From positions 1-64,000 of the forward strand of contig CBFFRQ010000050.1 in NCBI GenBank assembly GCA_965644315.1: a stretch of 64,000 nt of DNA. The letters are read 5' to 3'. Below the pieces are notes generated by a model. It ran no database searches, was not told the origin of the DNA, and saw only the letters and a list, made by a program, of their open reading frames with translations. The translations under genes were made by a program, and so were the position numbers. Position 1 is the first letter of the stretch. Each line of letters starts with the position of its first letter. Source of the DNA: Caecitellus pseudoparvulus (Eukaryota; Protista; Bigyra: Bicosoecida). Below are positions 9,847 through 18,800 of the stretch, piece by piece.

Positions 9847-11541
9847 CTACAATGAGCCTGAGCCAAAGAGCTTGGTGGAGACGACAGCCACGCCACCCTC
9901 CTGGAATTCCGCGCGGCTCACAGACAGATCCCCGAGATTGGGCAAGGCGGATATGGTCGCCGCGCCGCTCCAGACACAATGGCTCGGATCGTCTGCGAGG
10001 ACAACTGTCGCAGTGTGTGACTTGACCGCCCGGGCTCGCATGGTCGCAAGGGAAGGCTTAGGGGAATCCGCCGCCCCAGAGGATTGCAGATCGTGCAAGG
10101 TGGCACGAATGGAAGATTGGAGGCGGTGCTGAAGTCCCGGCAACAGCGCTGTGGGGCCCACCAAGTGCATGCTGCTCAGAACTGAGACACGCTCAGAGGA
10201 ATTGGGCACCGCGGACGTGGCCTGCAGCACCATGTGGTGCAGACCGTGGCAAAGGTCCTTGCCAACCATGGCAGGTGCGAAGAGGACCTCAGCTGCCGCC
10301 GCCTGGTCCAGCCGAGTCACCACCAGTGGCGGCGCCGTCACGCTCGCAGGCAGAGGCAGTGTTTGAGCTCCTTCCGCAGCTGGGTCGCAGTCGCGAATGG
10401 GGTCAATGTCAAATATTTCTTCGCAAGCCAACTCCATCTCGCCGCTTGCCCCAGCTGCCTCATCGGCCGCTGCCGTGCCCAATGTGGCGGCACGGATGGC
10501 GGCGGGCAAGGTCGTGCGTACCAGCTCGTCTGGCGACACCTGCACGAGGCCTTTTGTATGAGCTCGGCAGAACTCTAGGCCCGCAGCACTTTCCAGGAAG
10601 TCTCGCGTCGCTGCAGCAGATGCTGCAGTGTGCTGCGAGCCGGGAGGGGGCTCTTGGCCTCCCGCCAAGTCATCTGCAAGTGCGGAGTACCGTTCCACAA
10701 GTCTGGTCCACAGCGCAGTCGTGACGTCGTGCATGCCCATGTGCTGTACGACAGCGGCACTCTCCAGCATGAAGCCGTGTACGAAAGGCACTGCGTAGCA
10801 CGTTGTGTCTCCCACACCAACCACCAACCCCTCGCTTTGCCCAGCACCGTACAGGGCAAGTTGGGCAGCAGCTCCCACGAACAGCGCCTGCGCTGCGAAT
10901 TCTTCAAACAATACTGTTGCTAGCAACTCACGAGTTGGGCGCACTGGCCACGTGCACTCTGCCACCACCCACGTCGCAGCCTCGGGCAGAGGACTGCCAG
11001 TGGCAGCCTCGAACTTGCGGGCAGCAGCGGTCAGCACCTGCAACAGGGCGGCCTTGTGGGCCCCCTCACCAGAGGCACCCAGCTGTTTTTCAAGCGATGG
11101 CGGAAGTGGCTGCATCGCACCGTGTGCGATGAGGAACGCTGTCTCAGTCGCGCAGTCAGCGCCAGGCCCGGGCAAGCCAGGTGTCCACTCGGAAGGTGCA
11201 CCTTCATGAAGATCCCGGGAGAAGGCGAGAGGGAAAGAAGCCTGAGGAGCCAGGCTATCTGCCGTTCCTAGGAGCAGATTGTCAGAGGTGATGTCCAGCA
11301 CGATTGGCTTGCTTGGCCCAGGAGCTGTGTCTGGGCTTCCCTCTCCCTCGCTGGGGCGCCTGCAGCCTGTGAGGGCCGTGGTGGCAGCTTTGCCCAAGCC
11401 CATCATGGTCTCGGCAAGGATGGTCTGGCTGTGCTCGATGGCCTCGCCGACACTGCCAAGCGCAGCCAGGGTGGTCGTGCCGAAGTAACCAGTGGATGAC
11501 ACGCGCCCCACCAGCTTCTTGTGGTGCATCCGGCTCTGCAC
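9847..11541 (-). CDS. Divergent actin-related protein
   Basis: RELLATVLFEEFAAQALFV...LALYGAGQSEGLVVGVGDTTCYAVPFVHGF, EVLFAP, LVGPTALLPGLQHRLQ, VWSGA and VSRAEFQEGG all follow the actin-fold motif order. The start is uncertain. Confidence 0.8.
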   Translation of the reverse strand: MQSRMHHKKLVGRVSSTGYFGTTTLAALGSVGEAIEHSQTILAETMMGLGKAATTALTGCRRPSEGEGSPDTAPGPSKPIVLDITSDNLLLGTADSLAPQASFPLAFSRDLHEGAPSEWTPGLPGPGADCATETAFLIAHGAMQPLPPSLEKQLGASGEGAHKAALLQVLTAAARKFEAATGSPLPEAATWVVAECTWPVRPTRELLATVLFEEFAAQALFVGAAAQLALYGAGQSEGLVVGVGDTTCYAVPFVHGFMLESAAVVQHMGMHDVTTALWTRLVERYSALADDLAGGQEPPPGSQHTAASAAATRDFLESAAGLEFCRAHTKGLVQVSPDELVRTTLPAAIRAATLGTAAADEAAGASGEMELACEEIFDIDPIRDCDPAAEGAQTLPLPASVTAPPLVVTRLDQAAAAEVLFAPAMVGKDLCHGLHHMVLQATSAVPNSSERVSVLSSMHLVGPTALLPGLQHRLQSSIRATLHDLQSSGAADSPKPSLATMRARAVKSHTATVVLADDPSHCVWSGAATISALPNLGDLSVSRAEFQEGGVAVVSTKLFGSGSL

Positions 11542-11795
11542 TGAGGCTGCCTGCGCACGGCAAAATGAATGCCCGAAGTGAAATCCGGTATCTCATGTGC
11601 AGCACTCTGGGCTCCTCGCAATCGTTCCGCACCATCGCTCAAACACGGTCACTGCAAACCAACTGATCTCCCAAGCCGTCGCTGCGACGGGCACCTTGTT
11701 GGCGAGCAGGGAGATGATGAGACTGGCGTCCAAAACAAGGCCATGCAAGCATTGCGTAGGAAATCAAAATTTGATTAGTGGTGTGTGAATTTGTG

Positions 11796-13691
11796 TCAAT
11801 GCTTGCTGCTCAGCAAAGCCTCCAGCTCAGGTTGGGAGATGTCCCCCAAATCCCCAAGGTTGACTGGTGCGCTGGCGCTGTGCCGCATGCCTGCTGGAGC
11901 TGCTGACTGCGTGTCCCGCTCCACAGCGTCCGAGGACGGCAGGCCGTAGAGTGTGTGCTCCAGACCAGCCACAGGAACTGGGCCAGGCAGTTCGGAGAAC
12001 ACGCCGCGTCCTGACGCAGCAGGCGTCGGCCGAACGATGCTGGGAAGGATGAAGTCATCCTCGTCTGCGTTACTGAGGCCGGGCGCTCGCCCGGGAGTGC
12101 CCCCTCCAGTGGACATTTCAGCACCCCAGGCAACGGAGCTGAAGCCGCGCCCAGAGTCGTACATGGACAGGCCTTCTCCGCCGTGCAGCAGTCCTGACAC
12201 GTCCAGGCCGCCAGCGAGGGACGGCACATCCAGGCCGGGGGTTGGGGACATGGAGATGCCCCGCCGGGTGTGATCATCCAGCGAGCCTGTCTCCGTTGCC
12301 GCTATGCCAGTCGCACTGGGCAGCGCCACGGAGCCTGCCGGCACTCCCTCTGCCGAGGGGAAGTGTGCCGCACTGCCGCTGGCGTCAGAAGCGCCTGTAG
12401 GCTGCGGCGAGGCCTGCGCGCCCTGCAAGCCTGCCTCTGACGCACTGTCCCCAACTCGGTGGAAGCCTCCCACTGGGTGTAAGTGGCCGGGGCTGGAGCC
12501 CAGCAGAGCACTGTCCCCGCCACCTCCGCTTCCATCTGACCCAGATGTGGCATCGTTCCAGTCAATGACAGGCCTGGCCAAGGCAGATGCGACCTGTGGC
12601 TGGCCCATGGGCAAGTCTGTGGAGTGGGAGCGCTGCATGGAGGGAGGGGCTGATGCCAGGGCCGATGCCGGCGGCGGCAGCACTTCCCCCACGGACTGAG
12701 AGCGCCCTACGCCGGGCGGGACAAGGCCGACGCCTCCGCCACGGCCCAGACCCAAGGCTCCCACGGCGAAGCGTGGGTTGAGGCCAGGCAGGTCCACCCC
12801 CACGGGGGACAGGGCCACGCCTGGACCCCTGGGTGTCGTGGCAGGTCCAGGGGGCAGCATGGCCGAGCCGTGCAGAACGGATAGGGCTGAGCGGGGGGGG
12901 TGGGCTTGGGACGCCCCTGAGGTGCCTGAGCCGTCCGAGACAGCCCAGGTAGACGCTGTGCCGAAAGCAAAGTGTCCGCCCGCCTTGCCGGATGCTGGGC
13001 CAGGGTGGGCATCCTGTGACGCCAGGGGTGAGCCGTGCGGGGCGAGGGGATCTGGCGCAGCCCACGGCTGGTGGGCACGGAGCTGTGCAGCCCGGCGGTG
13101 TGCCAGGCTGAACATCATCTTGTTCACCATGGTCAGCGGGAGGTCTGAAATGTCTGGCGTGCCCACGGAGGCGTCAGGGATGACGGACCAGTCCCCCCGG
13201 TCTGGCAGCACGACAGAGTGCGGGTCATGCCAAGTGGCACTATCGCTGAAGTCAGGCGTGGCTCGCAGGTTAATGGCCAGGTACACCAAGGAGGACAGAG
13301 TGTACACCATGATAAACATGGCAGGAGCTCCCAGGGCCCAGTACCTGTCAGGGTAGTACGTGATGCCCATAGCCTGCAGCGTCATTTCGGGCGTGAATGC
13401 CCAGACCAGGTACATCACGTACGCTACGGCTGCGCCCATCCACAACGCGAAGCCGTACACTTCAGTGGAATTAATCTCGTTGTGCAAGGCTGCCTCTGCT
13501 TCAAGTGCAGGCCCCTCCGTTGCTGGCCGCGCCAGCGAAGGCTGGGAGCCCTGTGAGTGGCCTGTGCCTTGATGCGGAAATCGAGCCTCGCCCACGTCCG
13601 TGCCAGTCTGGCCAACCGCATCAACGTCGGACGCAGAGGGTGACCCCTGCGGCCCCCTTTGTCGCAGACTTGAGTCGGATTCGCCAGCCAT
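11796..13691 (-). CDS. PIGP: PIG-P (GPI-GlcNAc transferase subunit P) domain protein with long low-complexity C-terminus
   Basis: EVYGFALW...YLVWAFTPEMTLQAMGITYYPDRYWALGAP and PDISDLPLTMVNKMMF are PIG-P motifs. Confidence 0.85.
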   Translation of the reverse strand: MAGESDSSLRQRGPQGSPSASDVDAVGQTGTDVGEARFPHQGTGHSQGSQPSLARPATEGPALEAEAALHNEINSTEVYGFALWMGAAVAYVMYLVWAFTPEMTLQAMGITYYPDRYWALGAPAMFIMVYTLSSLVYLAINLRATPDFSDSATWHDPHSVVLPDRGDWSVIPDASVGTPDISDLPLTMVNKMMFSLAHRRAAQLRAHQPWAAPDPLAPHGSPLASQDAHPGPASGKAGGHFAFGTASTWAVSDGSGTSGASQAHPPRSALSVLHGSAMLPPGPATTPRGPGVALSPVGVDLPGLNPRFAVGALGLGRGGGVGLVPPGVGRSQSVGEVLPPPASALASAPPSMQRSHSTDLPMGQPQVASALARPVIDWNDATSGSDGSGGGGDSALLGSSPGHLHPVGGFHRVGDSASEAGLQGAQASPQPTGASDASGSAAHFPSAEGVPAGSVALPSATGIAATETGSLDDHTRRGISMSPTPGLDVPSLAGGLDVSGLLHGGEGLSMYDSGRGFSSVAWGAEMSTGGGTPGRAPGLSNADEDDFILPSIVRPTPAASGRGVFSELPGPVPVAGLEHTLYGLPSSDAVERDTQSAAPAGMRHSASAPVNLGDLGDISQPELEALLSSKH

Positions 13692-13926
13692 GGCAGACTT
13701 ATCGTGCGCTGCCCTGGCTCTTCAAGGCGCCACGCTGCCGGTGTACGTGAACCACAAACCAGCACCACGCAACGGCAACGCCGGACAGGAGGAAAGCAAG
13801 CAAGCTTGGCACAGGAGCAGCCTCCCACCTTCCCTCGAACGGCAAGATGCGTGTCTTCGGATTGTGGCAGCTCGGGTGTGAAGCTTGCATTTCGCGGCGA
13901 GGAGGGCAAGCGGTCGACGACACAGT

Positions 13927-16900
13927 TCACGAATCGCTGTCATGCCCGGATCCGTCGTACACCATGCCGGGCAGGTGTGCGCCGGGCTGCTGCACAGCGG
14001 GTGACGCAGCGCCGGAGGTCGGCGTCCGCGACATGCGCCGAGCCAGGTGTCGCAACGTGGGCATGCGGTCTCCTGTGTCGGCCAGGTACGCCCGGCGTGC
14101 CGCGACAGAGGTGTAATCGGCGGAGGTGGCCTTTAGAAGGGTGCGGCGGGGACCCCCCTGGACCCATGAACCACGGCCTCCGTGAGACACGATGCCGAAC
14201 CCCCCTCCGACAGAATGTCCATCGCTGAACACGGAGCGCCCAGCCTGGCTGCCGCGGCGGGCACCTCCCAGTGTGTCGCTGTGCAGCGGCGGCAGGCCGG
14301 TGCTGCTGCCTTCGCCGCCGCTGCTCTGGCTGGACTCGCGCACGGCACCGGCGCTGTTGATCACGTCGCCGCCGTATTGGGACACGATCTCCGCCACACG
14401 ATCACCCCGGTGGGAGGAGGAGGTGGCAAGTGGTGGCTCCATGGCAGGCGCCTCGGCAGGCAGTGCTCCCGCCTCATCTTTGCCGTCCACTGAGTGGGAG
14501 GAGGAAATGCCAGCTGCATCCCCCATGCCATGTTCCACGCTGCCTGGGCGCTCCGCCACGACGTCACCTGCCACCTGCACCGTGATTCGTCGCCGACGCT
14601 CAGAGGATGCCAAGGGAGTTCCCACAGCACTCCCAGCAAGGGGCAAGGCGGGGGTGGACTCGCTGGGCCGCAGCGATCTGGAACGGCTGGAAGAGAGGGA
14701 CGTGGGGAACAACAAGTCAGCCAGGGACGCGTCCTCCTGAGCACTCGCTGCACGGCTATGGTCCCGCACGATGATGCTGGGGCGGCGCACACGAGCCCCG
14801 CCCTCCGCCTCCACGCCGACACTCGCCTGCGAGGCCACGGGAGTCAGCACGTGCCACGCGGGGCCAGTACCAGAGGTCGGCACGGTGCTGGTGAGGCGGC
14901 GCCAGCGGCCCCTCGCCGTGGCTGTGCCGCCTGGTGAAAACCCTGAGCCCCGTCGACGCAGGGTGCTGCTCCTGCCGGCGGCTGATGCTGGAGTCTTCCT
15001 CCACATGGGCTGCGCAGGCTGTGCTCCAGGCATGGGGAACACCACCGAGTCGGCAAGCTCGTCGTCGCTGCTGTCGTACAGCATGGAAGCGTCAGACGCG
15101 TAGCCATTGTCGCTGTCAAAGGCCTCCTCAGCTGGGGTGAGGGCCTGCGGTGTGCTCATGCGCCACATCACTTCCTCAGCTGCGCCAGCCTGTGCCACCA
15201 TTGCAGCCAGGCGCTTCGTCGCGGAGGGTGGCAGCGGCACAGGTTGCGGCTGAGGGCCACTGTCTTCTGGCGGGTCGCTGGCTTGCAAACCCGTGCTCTG
15301 CACGCCTTCGGGTGGGGGGCGCTTGGGCAGGAAGGGGCGAGGGTCGGTGGAGATGTCATGGGCTGTCAGCCACCGCTCGTCGTCTGCAAATACTGCAGAT
15401 GGGTTCCTGCAGCAGCCCACCAGCTTGCCAGTGCGGGCGTGGCGGCGGTAGCAGGGCCTGCACGCCGAGCGGCCAAGCCGCCTCTCAATCCACCGAATGA
15501 TGATTTGCAGGCGGAACGCCAAGCTGCCTAGCACCCGGAAGCCAGCCGCGCCGAAAATGGCTCCAGCAATGCCCAGCGCAAACACGCCTCGCAGCTCATA
15601 CACGAGCACGACGGTAACCAGCAGTACGTTGCACAGCAGCCACACAGCAAGGTACTGCATGCGGAAGTTGTTGAACCGCACTTCGATGCTTTTCTTGTCC
15701 AAGGCGTACTCCGCGGCGCGGGCTGTGGCAGCTGCAGCAGCAGCCTCGTGAGCCCGGTAGGCCTTGAGTGCTTCGACGACCATGAGCCTGTCTTCCTCGT
15801 GCAGGGCAGAGAGGCGTTGCAAGAGCGCATCTGTGCGAGTGGCCCCTATGCTGCTCAGCGCCTCCGCCGCCTTTCCTTGCCCTCGGACTGCGGGTGAGCC
15901 CAGCAGCGGGGTGGCCGGATGTTCAGGTGACGAGTCTTGCTCAGAGGACGCAGCTTCCTGCGCCCGCTCCTCCTCATCTGAAGTGGGCAGGGCAGCCTGC
16001 AGGTGTGGTAGAGTCTTCGCAAGAAGGGCAGCTGCGGCGTGCAAGGCGGCATCCACGTGCACCGTGGATGCCGCTCGCTCATGCTCGGTACTGTCTGGAC
16101 TGGGCGTGAGGACGGAGCTGGCGCGAGAGACGTCCACTTCATCCGCCACGAGGGAAGGTGAGACAGAAGCGGGAGAGGGCTGCGGAGGTGGGGCCGCCTC
16201 GGCGGCGAACTCAAGCAGCTGCGAAATCGCAGACATGAGCTTGTTGGCGCGAGACTGCAGGCGGTCTGCCTGTGAGTTCAACAGGCGCCGCGTGGCTGCG
16301 ACAATTTGCCCCTCCTTCGTGCCCCAGGTGCAATCGTGCACGTTGCACACCGCGTAGATGCCGAGAAGGTTCGTGAATGTGGGCAACAGGGCGAGGTACT
16401 GTGCGAAGGAAGACACGACGCGCAGCCCATTTCCGTGCACAATGCCCACTGCCACGAAAGCGCCAAAGGCCCCGAACACGCCAGCCATAATGAGCAGGCC
16501 CACTTCATTCAGCACGAAGAGCCAGACGCCGTACACGACGCCGAACAGCATCAAGATGCCGAAGAGCGCGGCGACGACCTGCAGGAGCTGGGTTTGCTCC
16601 TTCAAGTTGCCAACCAGGGACACCAGCAGCAAAGTGAGGAGCATGGCAAAGTACAATCCAGAAAACAGGAACCGAGCCGTGTCAATGGCAGCTGGCAGGT
16701 ACAGAAGAGCGGAGTCGTAGATAATAATGAAAGAGATGTAGTGCAAGGCGACGGCAAGGTACGCGAGGGCGCCGAAACCGACATTGTACGTGGCCAGGAG
16801 GAAGAACAGCACCTTGCGCAGGATGGAGTGCGCAGAGGTAAAGTGCCGCCCCACGTGCAGCAGGTAGTGCCCAAGGTTGAACACCGCGCCATTCTGCCAA

Positions 16901-18429
16901 CGCCGGCGCTGGCGCACGAGCTCTGGCATGTGGTTTGGCACATCCGTCGTGGCCGTGGAAGAGGGCACGAACCAGAGGGAGTACGCACGCTTCTTGTGTG
17001 CAAGGATGTTGAAGGCCATGATGCGGTCTTCGGCGAGGTAAATGTTGGCCTCGAAGGGCGACAGCGTGGACAGCGGCTGCCGCTCGAGCCGGAAGTACTC
17101 GTCACTCACCCGCCCCTGCACCGCCTCCCAGCGGTACAGGGAAAACGCCCCAGGCAACACGCTGATGTACCCAAAAAACGCCTCGGAGGCCTTGTCCAGG
17201 TAGTGCGAGGACCAGTACTCGAAGCGCTGGGCATCCACGAGGCAGTCCATGGGGGCGCAGCACTTGTTGGCTTCCCCAGGCACACGCACAAGGATTTCCC
17301 CTGCAGCACCTCCCACGCTCGGGTGCTCCTCCATCGCATCCAGGAGCAGGAAGATGGAGTCTGGCGCGGGGATGGTGCCGACGTCCAGAAGCATGAAGTA
17401 GGTGGGGTTCAGCAGGCGGCAGAAACCCCGCAGGCCCCACATATGTGAGTTGATCTTGCCGCCATTGCGGCTCTTCAAGCACGTGGACACCTGCAAGCAC
17501 TGGCGGCGCGCCTTGAGGTGTCCCGCGCTGCTCCTCACCGGCACTTCCGCCGTGGTCTCGAAGATGTGCATGGCGATGGGGCGGCCGCCGGCTGTCTTCT
17601 CCTGCACGAGTTCGGGGGTGAAGAAGCCCAGGTCTTCCGACGCCACTTGCAGCAAGCTGGGGCTGGCCTTCTCCAGGCCGTCCACGATGGGCACCACCAG
17701 CACGTCTTGCCAGGACCATCCCGACTCCTTGCCGAGATACTCCACCGCAGCCGCCAGGCCAGACATGGTGTCCATGAACAACTGCCCGCTCTCGCTGTAG
17801 CACGTCACCAAGATGACCAGGCGAATGGGTCGGCGCAGCGTCTGTGCTCGGAGCTTGCAGCGCATGTCTTCCGGCACGGGGTTCGTCAGGGGGGTGTAGT
17901 CCACCACCTCAGTCTCCAGTGGGGCGCCGGGGGTGGTGCCATTCGGCCCCCCTCCCTGCCCACGAGTTTCAGCTTGCAAGATCTCCCTTGCGCTGAGTGA
18001 CGTCTGCAAACGGGGCAGGTCAGGCCGGGCCATCCCCCCGTCATCACTTTCGTGATGTGTCTCAGATGCTGCATCGAGTGATCCTCTCGTCCGCCCCGCT
18101 GCTGGCAGACTCGCCGTTGGAGTGACCATGCTCAAAGACGTGGCCCTCTCTACATCGCCATCATGGCCTTCTTTTCCGCCTTGGCTGCCCACGCTGTCTG
18201 GTGACGCGAGCGGCATGGAGCTCGAGCGAGCATGGGCAGCGACTGTCGCATGCGACTCAGCCGTGCGCCCGAGCTCCACATCTCCCTCAACGCTGGAGGA
18301 GCTCCCAGCGTCGTCCTCCGTGCTCATGGCTGAGAAAACTAAGCTCATCGCGGTGTTGGGGGTGTTGGGCGGTGTCCCCTCCCCCTCCATCCAGCAGTGC
18401 CTCCAGGAACAGCTCCGCCAATCACCCAC
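13927..18429 (-). CDS. CHS: Chitin synthase (GT2, division-1-like)
   Basis: TCYSE, NGGKINSH, LLDVGT, YISVLPGAFSLYRW, LAEDRI, QRRRWQNG and TWGTK motifs, followed by multiple TM helices. The exact start Met is uncertain. Confidence 0.95.
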   Translation of the reverse strand: MGDWRSCSWRHCWMEGEGTPPNTPNTAMSLVFSAMSTEDDAGSSSSVEGDVELGRTAESHATVAAHARSSSMPLASPDSVGSQGGKEGHDGDVERATSLSMVTPTASLPAAGRTRGSLDAASETHHESDDGGMARPDLPRLQTSLSAREILQAETRGQGGGPNGTTPGAPLETEVVDYTPLTNPVPEDMRCKLRAQTLRRPIRLVILVTCYSESGQLFMDTMSGLAAAVEYLGKESGWSWQDVLVVPIVDGLEKASPSLLQVASEDLGFFTPELVQEKTAGGRPIAMHIFETTAEVPVRSSAGHLKARRQCLQVSTCLKSRNGGKINSHMWGLRGFCRLLNPTYFMLLDVGTIPAPDSIFLLLDAMEEHPSVGGAAGEILVRVPGEANKCCAPMDCLVDAQRFEYWSSHYLDKASEAFFGYISVLPGAFSLYRWEAVQGRVSDEYFRLERQPLSTLSPFEANIYLAEDRIMAFNILAHKKRAYSLWFVPSSTATTDVPNHMPELVRQRRRWQNGAVFNLGHYLLHVGRHFTSAHSILRKVLFFLLATYNVGFGALAYLAVALHYISFIIIYDSALLYLPAAIDTARFLFSGLYFAMLLTLLLVSLVGNLKEQTQLLQVVAALFGILMLFGVVYGVWLFVLNEVGLLIMAGVFGAFGAFVAVGIVHGNGLRVVSSFAQYLALLPTFTNLLGIYAVCNVHDCTWGTKEGQIVAATRRLLNSQADRLQSRANKLMSAISQLLEFAAEAAPPPQPSPASVSPSLVADEVDVSRASSVLTPSPDSTEHERAASTVHVDAALHAAAALLAKTLPHLQAALPTSDEEERAQEAASSEQDSSPEHPATPLLGSPAVRGQGKAAEALSSIGATRTDALLQRLSALHEEDRLMVVEALKAYRAHEAAAAAATARAAEYALDKKSIEVRFNNFRMQYLAVWLLCNVLLVTVVLVYELRGVFALGIAGAIFGAAGFRVLGSLAFRLQIIIRWIERRLGRSACRPCYRRHARTGKLVGCCRNPSAVFADDERWLTAHDISTDPRPFLPKRPPPEGVQSTGLQASDPPEDSGPQPQPVPLPPSATKRLAAMVAQAGAAEEVMWRMSTPQALTPAEEAFDSDNGYASDASMLYDSSDDELADSVVFPMPGAQPAQPMWRKTPASAAGRSSTLRRRGSGFSPGGTATARGRWRRLTSTVPTSGTGPAWHVLTPVASQASVGVEAEGGARVRRPSIIVRDHSRAASAQEDASLADLLFPTSLSSSRSRSLRPSESTPALPLAGSAVGTPLASSERRRRITVQVAGDVVAERPGSVEHGMGDAAGISSSHSVDGKDEAGALPAEAPAMEPPLATSSSHRGDRVAEIVSQYGGDVINSAGAVRESSQSSGGEGSSTGLPPLHSDTLGGARRGSQAGRSVFSDGHSVGGGFGIVSHGGRGSWVQGGPRRTLLKATSADYTSVAARRAYLADTGDRMPTLRHLARRMSRTPTSGAASPAVQQPGAHLPGMVYDGSGHDSDS

Positions 18430-18800
18430 TCAAGCCTCTCGCACGCTGCGCAACGCAGGCTTGAAGGCAGAGAGAACCAGGGAACAGACTTGGGGTGCAG
18501 AAATGTAGTGGGCTGGGATTGAGAACGAGCGTGTTGTTGCGTCTGTTAGTAAATGTGTAACTTATGACCCCGAAGCATCTTCTGCCAGCTGAAGGGCAGA
18601 CAAGTCAACCTTGCGACGAAAGTTTCTTGCCCCCTGTTGCTTGGTTTGCGCGAGGTTTCGGACAAGAAGTCGTCTCTTTCAAAAGCAAAGAGTTCCCCCC
18701 ACCCTCTCACACTGTCCAACCCGCGGATTCGGGTTTGACTTGCAGACACGCTGGCCTGCACCACCCGGCAAGCGCAGACACCTTGCGCCAGTGAGCCAGG

